From positions 32,001 through 96,000 of the forward strand of contig CAVXXK010000007.1 of NCBI GenBank assembly GCA_963765675.1: a stretch of 64,000 nt of DNA, written 5' to 3'. The position numbers and the translations under genes were made by a program. This stretch comes from an uncultured delta proteobacterium (GTDB lineage Bacteria > Desulfobacterota > Binatia > Binatales > Binataceae). The notes beneath the pieces are model-generated. The model saw only the letters and a program-made list of their open reading frames with translations. It had not been told where the DNA came from and made no database searches. Positions 49,601 through 60,102 of this stretch are shown here, piece after piece; within the stretch, counting starts at the first letter, position 1; each line of letters starts with the position of its first letter.

Positions 49601-50078
49601 ACGCGGAGCACGGTTTTCCGATGCTGCGGCGCGGACTCGAGGAGTTGCGCAACGCGGGTGGTGATCTGGTTTATCGCTATGGCCTCATCTTGCTCGCGGC
49701 CGCGTGCCTGGCGGCGGGAAAATTCGACGAAGGTATCGTCGCGATCGACGAATGCGCCTCGTATCTCGAGACCGAGGGCGAGAAGATGTACGAGGCCGAG
49801 TTGTTGCGGCTGCGCGGCGAGCTGACTCTCAAGACCTCGGGCGACCGGGCCGCGGCCGAGCAGCTTTTCCGTAACGCGATATCGGTGGCACGCGCGCAAG
49901 GTGCAAAGTCCTGGGAACTAAAAGCCGCGACCACGCTCGCGCATCTGCTCGAGGCCACCGGACGCCGCGCCGAGGCGCGCATGCTGCGCTGGCGCCCGTC
50001 TACGCGTGGTTCACCGAAGGATTCGGCACGGGTGATCTGATCGCGGCAAAGTCCTTGCTCGATACTTTGGACGCGTAA
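46696..50078 (+). CDS. Double zinc ribbon-class III adenylate/guanylate cyclase-AAA ATPase-TPR protein, frameshift near 49980
   Basis: CAACG..CGNC..CPRC..CGEC, LFADIKGS, GDG, RIGINTG, AEAGVGKSRL, FEDLHW; conserved tail LAPVYAWFTEGFGTGDLIAAKSLL lies in another frame ending TAA 50076-50078. Confidence 0.92.
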
Positions 50079-50231
50079 CGCGTCACGGCAAATTGTAAAA
50101 GAGCGCAAACAAGATATCGCGCGCGACCCGATCCGCTTCTGCGGTCGCGGTGCCTATGTCCGGCACGTTCTGCCGCGAGTTCGCGATTATCTGGCAAAGA
50201 AAAGCTCGAAAAAAGTAAGCGTAAGCGTGAG

Positions 50232-50264
50232 GAAAAGAAGAAGGCCGAGCGGCAAGGCTCGGCC
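50232..50264 (-). terminator. Probable intrinsic terminator
   Basis: GGCCGAGC-cttgcc-GCTCGGCC followed by TTCTTCTTTT on the minus strand. Confidence 0.55.
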
Positions 50265-50495
50265 CGCGTTCAGTCGAAAGTTTTCTGACGCTTACCCGCC
50301 AGACTCTAGCCTAAGCCTCAACTCATGATGTATTATTGAACACGTGTCTGTTTCCTTTGCGCCGCTTCTCGGCGCATGCGTGGAACGCCGTGACTGAACC
50401 TCACGGCGTTTCCGTTTGTAAAAGTCTATCACACCCCGCGAAACTGCCAACTCACACTCGCGTATCATGAGCACGACCAGCGCAATTCTAATTCA

Positions 50496-50912
50496 TCATT
50501 CAAGCATGGTGCGGGCGGCATTTAAGTAAACCGGCGTGAGGCCAAAGCCTCTGCCATCCGAAGTCTTGGTCCTCTGGAACGCCGAAACCCCGTCCTGTGT
50601 TACCAATCCGATCCGTCGAGCCCACGCATCCAACGCCGGACGGATACCTCTTCCGCTCGTGCCGAGCGCGGGGCCAAGCTGATTCGTGCGCACGCCGTTT
50701 GGTCCGCCCGCTACGAATTGTTCCAGCAAACTGCGATCACTGGGGGCCAAGTTTCCGAATGGGGTTCTTCTGGGCGGTGGCTGCGCAGAGTCGCTCTGTA
50801 TGATCAGAGGTCCTTCCGCACCGTATCGTTGGATCAGTTCGTCTAGTTCATCAAACGATTCAATCGGGATACCAATCCCGCGTATGATGATTGTTTTCCG
50901 CCAATCAGCCAT
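50496..50912 (-). CDS. Hypothetical protein, possible C-terminal winged HTH
   Basis: Intact ORF in AT-richer DNA; LAPSDRSLLEQF..VRTNQLGPALG..GRGIRPAL pattern. Confidence 0.6.
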   Translation of the reverse strand: MADWRKTIIIRGIGIPIESFDELDELIQRYGAEGPLIIQSDSAQPPPRRTPFGNLAPSDRSLLEQFVAGGPNGVRTNQLGPALGTSGRGIRPALDAWARRIGLVTQDGVSAFQRTKTSDGRGFGLTPVYLNAARTMLE

Positions 50913-51035
50913 GGACAGATAATGGCAGAAACGACTCCCGCTTACAAGGTATACCGTCCAAATACTGTCCACACCCAAGGACAGAAGTTTGCGCTGCGCT
51001 CTTGTCTACGATAGATCCAATACGAGGCCTCAACG

Positions 51036-52082
51036 ATGTTAACTAGTGGACTGCATGGTGCGTGCGGATGGGTTGCTCGGATTATCCTCTGTTGTTGTTT
51101 GATGAACGCTGGCTGTGATTTATCACCGTCGACGGTTCGTCCAGAAGGTCTAGACGGACGCTACCAACGATTATCCGGTGCGATAGTGCTGATCATTACG
51201 GGTGATGGACCGATAAACGGCATCGGTACTGGGTTCTTCACGGATGAAAATGCAACGCTGGTGACAGCTGCGCACGTCGTTTTCGATGTGTCCTATCACT
51301 TTAATGCTGGGAAGTTATCCATTGAGCTTGAACCAAAACCCAACCTTCGAGTGAGGCTCTACGATGGACGCATCTATCAACTCAACATTGGCGCGATTTC
51401 CAACGCATATAGAACGCTAGCTGAGGCAGATCTGGCCATGTTCACGCACGCTATTCCAGTAGATACACCACGATACCTTACGCTCGATAGGGATCAGACC
51501 GATTTGGTTCGCGTTGGCCAGCATGTGATCACGGTGGGGTTTCCCGCTTCGCAAGTAAGCAAAGAAAGGACGCCTAACTCCGTGTTTATTGGGCCGCCGA
51601 AGACTCTGTATGAAGGAATCGTAAATGCCGAGTTTGTACCGGCAATGGCTATCGGAAGAACAGATACCGACAGACCCATATACCAGACCTATCCTTTCGT
51701 TCAAATTCAGATGCCGATATTACAGGGGGTATCGGGCGCTCCGGTTATTACAGATACCGATCAGGTAATGGCGGTCCTCAAAGCCGAGCCAGAGGCGTTT
51801 CCGCAAAAGGAACTAAGCGAGATGGTCAGAGATTTCAAGCCAGATATTGAGACGAGGCTGGTGAGCTTACCGAAGGGCTGTCAGTGCGATGAGGCGATAG
51901 ACTCTAGCGAGACGAAGACGATCGCAACAGCGTGGGCGCTTGAGCATTACTATTCTCCTGGGACTGGCCTTGCGGTACCTGTGAGTCTTCTCGAACCTTC
52001 GAATCAGTCTTCCGAGCTGCTGGCGGTAGGTCCTCCGGATACAGTAGCTCCGTCGCCCGTACCGATATCCCCGCAACGTTAA
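51036..52082 (+). CDS. Trypsin-like serine protease, probable lipoprotein
   Basis: GTGFF, LVTAAHV, ADLAM, GFP, GVSGAPV; MNAGC lipobox-like. Confidence 0.85.
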   Translation: MLTSGLHGACGWVARIILCCCLMNAGCDLSPSTVRPEGLDGRYQRLSGAIVLIITGDGPINGIGTGFFTDENATLVTAAHVVFDVSYHFNAGKLSIELEPKPNLRVRLYDGRIYQLNIGAISNAYRTLAEADLAMFTHAIPVDTPRYLTLDRDQTDLVRVGQHVITVGFPASQVSKERTPNSVFIGPPKTLYEGIVNAEFVPAMAIGRTDTDRPIYQTYPFVQIQMPILQGVSGAPVITDTDQVMAVLKAEPEAFPQKELSEMVRDFKPDIETRLVSLPKGCQCDEAIDSSETKTIATAWALEHYYSPGTGLAVPVSLLEPSNQSSELLAVGPPDTVAPSPVPISPQR

Positions 52083-52439
52083 TCACGTCATCTTTGTTAC
52101 CGACAATCAAAAGACTTCCTTTGTCAGCCCGAACTGCTTGGGTTTTTGCGCTTACCACAGGCGCAAAAATAGTCGCTGAAGCAGCAAGTAGGATTAAAAG
52201 TCTTGGCAAACTTTGGCTGCGAGGCATGGTCTTTAGCCTCCTGCGCAGAATATAAAACACGTTTGCATCTAAAGCATAGTTGAGAGTCGATCGCAAATCT
52301 GTTATAATCTGGCGTTCCGCATAATTTGTAGTATTTCCCTACGCTACGCATCGGTCAATAGTTTTTGTTGTATCTGCCCCGGCCTACCGCGCCACAAGAT
52401 ATTCGCCTTTTGTTCGTTCCGTGTCTACATCCGGATAAT

Positions 52440-52570
52440 CCCCCGCGAGTTCGCGAACACCACGACGCGAGGTCCCGCGAGGGCATCAGCATCACCTGCG
52501 TCGAGAAACCCGGGATACCGCCATCGAGCCGATTTGAAAAATCGCGTCGGGGGTAAACTTCCGGTTCACG
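52440..52570 (-). pseudogene. Remnant of serine hydrolase/class C beta-lactamase-family gene
   Basis: Fragments TPDAIFQIGSM, GGIPGFSTQVMLMPSRDL and VVVFAN juxtaposed across frame changes. Confidence 0.6.
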
Positions 52571-52611
52571 ATTCACAACCGCTCTTCTTCCTCTTAGAGT
52601 TGGTGGCGAGG

Positions 52612-53892
52612 CTATCTTCGCCGGAAGTGATCGCGCAGGCGCTTGAAGAATCCTCCGCGCGCGACCGATGCTTGCGTTACAACCGCGATCGACCCCTGCG
52701 GATTGCCGTTCACGATGAGCGCGACGGCTCCTACCTGCGCGCCTTTTGCAACCGGCGCGTCGACGTACTTTGCGGCCGGAGTCCATTGCAGCGCGACTTT
52801 GCCTTCCTGGCCGCGCTCAACGGTGACTGCCGATTCGCTTACCGGCGCGATCGCAACCGAGTCGGCGGTGCCATAGAAAACCGGAATTGTCGCGGGCACC
52901 ACGCCATGCCAATCCGGCTTGGCGGTTACGTAGGTGCGAAACGCCCAGTCGATCAGCTTTTCAGTCTCGGTGCGCCGCTTCTCCGAGCTCGGCGTGCCCA
53001 TCACCGCCGAGATCAGATGCATCCCCTGCGAGTTCGACGACGAAACCAGGTGATAGCCCGCCTCTTCAACATGGCCGGTTTTGAGTCCGTCAACGCGCGC
53101 GTCATAGAACAGCAGCGTGTTGAAGTTGCGCTGCGTGATCTTGTCGAAAGTAAATTCCTTGGCCGCCGTATAGGTGACGGCCTCTGGATGATGCTCCAGC
53201 AGAGAGCGCGCGAGCTTTGTCATGTCGGCGGCGGTGGTGTATTCGCCTTCGACCGGAAGACCGTCGGGGTTCATGAAGTGAGTCTCGACCAGGCCAATCT
53301 TTTTCGCCTTCGCGTTCATCTGCTCCGTGAACGCGTCGGTGCTGCCGGCCAGATACTCGGCCAGCGCGACGGCGGCGTCGTTGCCCGAGGAGACCATCAG
53401 CCCGAAGAGCAGATCGTGCACCGGGACCTGCTGGCCGACGCTCAGGAACATCCGCGATACCGACTGGTCCATCGACAGCCGCCACGCCTGTTCGCTTATC
53501 GGGATGGGCGTGTCGAGCGTGATGCGCTTGGTCGAGAGCGCATCCAAGGTCAGGTAGAACGTCATCAGCTTGGCGAGGCTCGCGGGCTGCATCTTCAGAT
53601 GCTCGTTGTATGCGTAAATCTCGGTGCCGGTAGTCGCGTCGATGAGCATCGCGGCCTTGGCGTCGAGCGCGAATGGAGCAGGGCGGTCGCCGAGCACGTG
53701 GATGTCCGAGAGTGCGACCTCGGGCGGCGCCTCTTTCGCGCCATGCGTCGCGGAATGCGCGGCCGTTCGCCGGCGCGCCGCAAAGGCGGCCCGCGCAGGA
53801 ATCATCAGCGCGAAGGCTACGACCGCGGCCATCGCGAGAGCTTTATTAGTGCGAAATTTGAGATGACTTCTGGAATCGATTCGCGCGCGCAT
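52612..53892 (-). CDS. D-alanyl-D-alanine carboxypeptidase (peptidase S11, PBP5/6-like)
   Basis: PASLAK (SxxK), SGNDA (SxN), LKTGH, PBP5 C-domain; start uncertain. Confidence 0.93.
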   Translation of the reverse strand: MRARIDSRSHLKFRTNKALAMAAVVAFALMIPARAAFAARRRTAAHSATHGAKEAPPEVALSDIHVLGDRPAPFALDAKAAMLIDATTGTEIYAYNEHLKMQPASLAKLMTFYLTLDALSTKRITLDTPIPISEQAWRLSMDQSVSRMFLSVGQQVPVHDLLFGLMVSSGNDAAVALAEYLAGSTDAFTEQMNAKAKKIGLVETHFMNPDGLPVEGEYTTAADMTKLARSLLEHHPEAVTYTAAKEFTFDKITQRNFNTLLFYDARVDGLKTGHVEEAGYHLVSSSNSQGMHLISAVMGTPSSEKRRTETEKLIDWAFRTYVTAKPDWHGVVPATIPVFYGTADSVAIAPVSESAVTVERGQEGKVALQWTPAAKYVDAPVAKGAQVGAVALIVNGNPQGSIAVVTQASVARGGFFKRLRDHFRRR

Positions 53893-54026
53893 CAATTGCC
53901 CCTGCACCTCCGCCACTTTGCTCAGGCTACGGCGGGATTGCCGCGCCCGCAAGCGGGACGCGTGCGGTGATATTCCCTTTGGTGCCGAATCCGAATAAAC
54001 CAAGATGCAACCGCGTCAATCGCACC

Positions 54027-55340
54027 ATGGATCTCACGGTCTTAATTCCCGCGATCAACGAAGCCGAGAATCTGCGGATTCTGATCCCGCGGATCAAAAC
54101 AATCCTCGGCCGCGAAGGCATTTCATATGAAGTGCTGGTCGTCGATGGGCGCTCGACCGACGACACTGCCGCCGTGTGCAACGATGTTGGTGCGCGGATG
54201 GTGCAGGAGCGGCGGCGCGGCTACGCGGGTGCGCTCGAGACCGGATTCGCCGAGGCGCAGGGCGAGTGGATTTTGAAGCTCGACGCGGATCAGTCGCACG
54301 ACCCGGATTTTATTCCGCGCATCTGGCGCGCGCGCGACCGTGGCGACATCGTGATCGCGTCGCGCTACGTGCGCGGCGGCGTCGCCTACACGGAGTTCAC
54401 CCGCAAGCTTTCGAGCTCGTTGATGAGCGCGGTCTTGCGCCGCGTGCTCTCGCTCCCGGTGCGCGACGTCTCGAGCGGATACCGGCTTTATCGGCGCTCA
54501 CTGACGAACGGCTTCAAGTTTGATTCGACCAACTTCGAGGCCGAAGAGGAGATCCTCGTGCGTGCGTACGCGCAGGGGTTCAACCTGGCCGAAGTTCCCT
54601 TCACATATTTTCCGCGCGGCGCGGGCGCGTCGCACGCCAAGCTCCTCAAGTTCGGCTGGAGTATCGCCAAGCGCTGCGCAAAATTGTGGAAGCTGCGCAA
54701 CTCGCTCGATTCCGCGGACTACGACGAGCGCGGCTTCTACAGCGTGATTCCGATCCAGCGATGGTGGCATCGCCGGCGCCATAAGATAACCGTGTCATGG
54801 GCGCGCGGCTCGGATCGGGTGCTCGACGCGGGTTGTGGCTCCAGCCTGATCGTGCAGAGCCTCAACAACGTGGTCGGGATGGATTTCAATTTCTCGAAGC
54901 TGCGTTTTCTGTCGCGCTACCGGATGCCGCTGGTGCGCGGCTCGGCGTTCGCGCTGCCGTTTCGCGATCATAGCTTCGATTGCGTGATCAGCTCCCAGGT
55001 GATCGAGCATATTCCGTTCGACGAAGTTCTGTTCGCCGAGATGCGCCGCGTCCTGGTAGCCGGCGGAAAGTTGATTCTCGGGACCCCCGACTACTCGACG
55101 CGCGCGTGGCGGACGATCGAGCCGATCTACGGCTTCTTGATGCCCGGGGGCTACAAGGACGAGCACATCACGCACTACACCCGGGCGAAGCTGATCGAGC
55201 TCCTGACGCGCCACGGTTTCAGCGTCGATGAAGTCGCGTATATCGGCGGCGGCGAGTTGATCATGCGATGCCGCCGCGGCGAGCTTCCCGCGGCCACGCT
55301 CCAGATTCCCTCTGCACAGCCCGCGTCCACCGCGGCCTGA
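54027..55340 (+). CDS. GT2 (DPM-synthase-like) glycosyltransferase fused to class I methyltransferase
   Basis: IPAINEAEN, VVDGRSTD, LDADQSH, ASRYV, DVSSGYR; then VLDAGCGS, LPFRDHSFD, VIEH. Confidence 0.9.
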   Translation: MDLTVLIPAINEAENLRILIPRIKTILGREGISYEVLVVDGRSTDDTAAVCNDVGARMVQERRRGYAGALETGFAEAQGEWILKLDADQSHDPDFIPRIWRARDRGDIVIASRYVRGGVAYTEFTRKLSSSLMSAVLRRVLSLPVRDVSSGYRLYRRSLTNGFKFDSTNFEAEEEILVRAYAQGFNLAEVPFTYFPRGAGASHAKLLKFGWSIAKRCAKLWKLRNSLDSADYDERGFYSVIPIQRWWHRRRHKITVSWARGSDRVLDAGCGSSLIVQSLNNVVGMDFNFSKLRFLSRYRMPLVRGSAFALPFRDHSFDCVISSQVIEHIPFDEVLFAEMRRVLVAGGKLILGTPDYSTRAWRTIEPIYGFLMPGGYKDEHITHYTRAKLIELLTRHGFSVDEVAYIGGGELIMRCRRGELPAATLQIPSAQPASTAA

Positions 55341-55410
55341 GTTCGCGCGCGCCACTTCACGCGCGAGCCTCGCCCGCGCTAGTCTCGGTAATCCACAACG
55401 GAGGACCGGG

Positions 55411-56223
55411 ATGCCAAAACTAAAAGTCGGCAATCTGAACCTGCATTACGATATTCACGGAGCGGGCGAGCCGCTGCTGATGATCATGGGACTCGGCGCA
55501 AGCTCGGCGGCGTGGGATCCGGAGTTGGTGCAGGACCTGGCGCGCGACTTCCGCGCGATCACTTTCGACAATCGCGGCACGGGCCAGAGCGATAAGCCCG
55601 ATGAACCGTACTCGATCGCGATGTTTGCCGACGACGCCGCGGGCGTGCTGGACGGCCTCAAGATTCCGCGCGCGCATATATTCGGCGTCTCGATGGGCGG
55701 GATGATCGCGCAGGAGTTCGCGCTGCGCCACCCTTCGCGAACCGCGGCGCTCGTGCTCGGATGCACCACGCCGGGTGGAAAGCACGCGGTGCCGCCTCCG
55801 CCTGAATCGCTCAAGGTGCTGACTGCGCCGCGCGTCGGCGTCGCGCCGGAAGAGATCATCCGCCGTGGATGGCCGCTCAGCCTGAGCGCCGGATATATCA
55901 AGGAGCATCGCGCGGAACTCGAGGCGGGCATCGCGCGCTTCCTCGAGCATCCGACTCCGCCGTTCGCATTTCAGCGCCAGCTCGAGGGTACTTATACGCT
56001 CAACACCTGGGATCGGCTCGGGCAGATCAAAGCGCCGACGCTGGTAATCACCGGCGCTGACGACGTTTTGATTCCGGCGCACAATTCGGAGCTTCTGGCC
56101 GAGCAGATTCCCGGCGCGAAGCTGAAGCTACTGGCGAACGCGGGACACGGATTCACCACCGAGGCGCGTCCGGAGTTCTTGAAGACGTTTGTCCCGTTTC
56201 TGAAGGCGCATCCGATCGCGTGA
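55411..56223 (+). CDS. Alpha/beta hydrolase
   Basis: FDNRGTG, GVSMGG, GADD, AGH. Confidence 0.92.
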   Translation: MPKLKVGNLNLHYDIHGAGEPLLMIMGLGASSAAWDPELVQDLARDFRAITFDNRGTGQSDKPDEPYSIAMFADDAAGVLDGLKIPRAHIFGVSMGGMIAQEFALRHPSRTAALVLGCTTPGGKHAVPPPPESLKVLTAPRVGVAPEEIIRRGWPLSLSAGYIKEHRAELEAGIARFLEHPTPPFAFQRQLEGTYTLNTWDRLGQIKAPTLVITGADDVLIPAHNSELLAEQIPGAKLKLLANAGHGFTTEARPEFLKTFVPFLKAHPIA

Positions 56224-56254
56224 CGGGCGCGCCCGCGTGAAGCGCGGGCGGTAA

Positions 56255-57439
<1,185 letters not shown>

Positions 57440-57464
57440 GCGCGGCGCGGAGTTAATTCGCCAG

Positions 57465-59126
57465 GTGGCATCCTTTCTGGATTTCGCGATCGTCTGCCAG
57501 GAACTCGGCCAGACCCAGAGCCGCCTCCAGATGGCGCAGGCGGTCGGGAGTTTTCTCGGCGCGCTCGAAGTTGGTGAGGCGGAGATCGCGGCGCGCTTCA
57601 TGATCGGGCGCGCGGTCGCCCAGGGCGATGAAAAGCGCTTGCAGATAAGCGGCCGCGCGATCTGGAAAATCGCCGCCGCGATTACCGGCGCCGAAGATCA
57701 GGGCGAAGACATCTTCACCGCCGCCGAGGATTTCGGCGAGGCGATCGAGATGGTCCTGCGGCTGCGCCCAGCCGAGCCCGAACCGTCGCTCACGATCACG
57801 GAAGTCGATCGCGCGTTCGGCGAAATCGCCGAAATCGAGGGACGCCGCGCACGCGCACGCAAGCTCGAAACGCTGCAAGCGCTGTTCGCGCGCGCGTCGA
57901 ACCTCGAGGCCAAGTTCATCGCCAAGATTCTCGTGCGCGAGATGCGCCACGGCGTCAGCGAGGGAATCCTGCTCGAAGCCATCGCGAAAATGGCGAATCG
58001 GCCGGTCGCCGAAGTCCGGCGCATCAATATGCTCGAAGGCGATCTCGGCCGCGTGGTGCGAATCCTGCGCGAGGGCTCCGCTCCCGCTCGCGGCGCCCGG
58101 GCGATAAAGCCTCTGCGCCCGATGCTGGCGCAGCCGGCGGGAGACATTGCCGAGGCGTTCGCGATGATGGGTTCCGAGATCGCCTTCGAGCACAAGCTCG
58201 ACGGTGCGCGCGTGCAGATTCATCACGTCGGGGACGAGACGCGGATCTTTTCGCGCCGGATGAACGAGATCACGCCGAGCCTGCCCGAGATCACCGAAGT
58301 CGCGGCGCGGCTCGGCTCACGCGCTGCGATCTTCGACGGCGAGGTTATCGCGGTCGATAGCAATGGACGTCCGCAAGCCTTCCAGGAGCTGATGCGCCGG
58401 TTCGGCCGCGTGCGCGAGATCGAAAAGCTGCGCGCCGATCAGCCGGTGCGTCTCTACCTGTTCGATATTCTCGGGCTCGACGGTGAGTTGCTGATCGATC
58501 GCCCCTACGCGGAGCGAATCGCGATGCTTCAGGAAATCGCGGCCGCCGCGAGCCTCGAGCTGGTCACGCGAATCGAGCGCCCGAATCTGCCCGAGGCGGA
58601 GAAATTTTTCACCGGCGCGATCGCCGATGGATTCGAGGGCGTGGTCGCGAAATCGCTCGCGAGCGCTTACACGCCCGGCGCGCGCGGACGCGGATGGGTC
58701 AAAATCAAGCATGCGAAGACGCTGGACTTGGTGATCGTTGCCGCCGAATGGGGCTACGGGCGGCGCCACGGATGGCTCTCGAACTATCATCTTGCGGCGC
58801 GAAACGAAGCCACCGGCCGCATGAGCGAGGTCGGCAAGACCTTCAAGGGCCTCACCGACGCGGAATTCGAAACGATGACCGAGCGGCTGCTCGCGCTCAA
58901 GACTGAAGAGGCGCACGGCGTCGTGACCGTCCGGCCCGAGGTCGTGGTCGAGGTCGCATACAACGACATCCAGCGCAGCCCGCAGTACGACGACGGGATG
59001 GCGCTGCGCTTTGCGAGGATCATCAGGATTCGTGACGACAAGCCCGCCGCGGAGGCCGACACGATCGCAACGATCGCGCGCGAGTTCGAGCGCCAGGCGA
59101 TTGCGCCGCGTTCCGCGAAGATTTAG
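57465..59126 (+). CDS. ATP-dependent DNA ligase
   Basis: PMLA, EHKLDGARVQ, DGEV, FDIL, EGVVAK, WVKIK, ALRFAR. Confidence 0.95.
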   Translation: MASFLDFAIVCQELGQTQSRLQMAQAVGSFLGALEVGEAEIAARFMIGRAVAQGDEKRLQISGRAIWKIAAAITGAEDQGEDIFTAAEDFGEAIEMVLRLRPAEPEPSLTITEVDRAFGEIAEIEGRRARARKLETLQALFARASNLEAKFIAKILVREMRHGVSEGILLEAIAKMANRPVAEVRRINMLEGDLGRVVRILREGSAPARGARAIKPLRPMLAQPAGDIAEAFAMMGSEIAFEHKLDGARVQIHHVGDETRIFSRRMNEITPSLPEITEVAARLGSRAAIFDGEVIAVDSNGRPQAFQELMRRFGRVREIEKLRADQPVRLYLFDILGLDGELLIDRPYAERIAMLQEIAAAASLELVTRIERPNLPEAEKFFTGAIADGFEGVVAKSLASAYTPGARGRGWVKIKHAKTLDLVIVAAEWGYGRRHGWLSNYHLAARNEATGRMSEVGKTFKGLTDAEFETMTERLLALKTEEAHGVVTVRPEVVVEVAYNDIQRSPQYDDGMALRFARIIRIRDDKPAAEADTIATIAREFERQAIAPRSAKI

Positions 59127-59177
59127 TGCTCGTGCCGGGTGCGCAGGGCGCGCAGGAACGTCGTTGAATAGCCGCGG

Positions 59178-59387
59178 CTAGTGTCCTCGGAGATGCTTCG
59201 GCTCGTGCGCGTCGGTCATCGCCATCGCGATGGCTTCGATCTCGCTCTCGCCAAAATCTTCGAGCACGAAAGAATCGGCCTGTGCGTTGTCGTGGCGCTC
59301 GTACATGTCGCAGCACCAGCAATTCGGACCGAGCTGCTTCGTGTGCAGCACAAAAGTATTGATTCCAACCACTTCCACCCGTTCCAT
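59178..59387 (-). CDS. Small hypothetical protein (CWCC motif)
   Basis: GGAGG SD 8 nt before ATG; 69 aa acidic ORF. Confidence 0.65.
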   Translation of the reverse strand: MERVEVVGINTFVLHTKQLGPNCWCCDMYERHDNAQADSFVLEDFGESEIEAIAMAMTDAHEPKHLRGH

Positions 59388-59518
59388 AGCGAAAACCTCC
59401 CGAGCAGAGTTGCCATGGTCATCGGCGGGCCGTGACATAAATCTTTTAGCATCAAACGAGCAGTATGACTAATGAAAATCTTCGCAGAAATGTTGCAAAT
59501 ACAGGGAACTAGGAATTT

Positions 59519-60088
59519 TCAGGCTGATTTGACCGATCGAACCCAATCGGTCAGCGCATCGTGCGTGCTACGAAACGCCAGAGAGTCCCAGACGATAGCT
59601 TCAGGCGTGAAATAGCGAATCTCGGTCGCCTCTTCCGAAAGCGTCAGCTCACCGCCTGCTGGCGTCGCCAGATAGACGATTACCTGCGCCTTGGCGTTGA
59701 CCGGATCGGTGTACACGCCGAGAAGCGGCCCGAGATTCACGCGAAGGCCGACCTCCTCGAGCGTCTCGCGCGCGGCGGCGTCGGCGGCGGGCTCCGCGAA
59801 ATCGACGAAGCCTCCGGGGAAAGTCCATTTTCCGAGCGCCGGCTCGATTCCGCGCTTCAGCAGCAGGACGCGTCCGTCCTCGACGACCACGCATCCGGCG
59901 ACCAGCTTTGGCGACGGGAAGAAAACGAAGCCACACTGCGGACACGCCCGCATCCGCTTGCGATCCGGCAGGATCGTCCGCAGCTCCATCTCCGAGCCGC
60001 ACAGCGCGCAGAATTTCACCTCGGCGGGAAACCGATGCTGCACGTGATGATTCGCATGAATCGCGTTGCTGTCGTCGTCGTGTTTCAT
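59519..60088 (-). CDS. NUDIX hydrolase with zinc ribbon
   Basis: FCALCG..CPQCG, FPGGFV..AAARETLEEVG. Confidence 0.92.
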   Translation of the reverse strand: MKHDDDSNAIHANHHVQHRFPAEVKFCALCGSEMELRTILPDRKRMRACPQCGFVFFPSPKLVAGCVVVEDGRVLLLKRGIEPALGKWTFPGGFVDFAEPAADAAARETLEEVGLRVNLGPLLGVYTDPVNAKAQVIVYLATPAGGELTLSEEATEIRYFTPEAIVWDSLAFRSTHDALTDWVRSVKSA

Positions 60089-60102
60089 CGCGGCCTCGAG
60101 TA

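Noticed and set aside
50090-50290. Plus-strand start-less reading frame (IVKERKQDIARDPIRFCGRGAYVRHVLPRVRDYLAKK...)
   Set aside because: It could be a gene remnant but has no start or recognisable family, so it is too weak to call.
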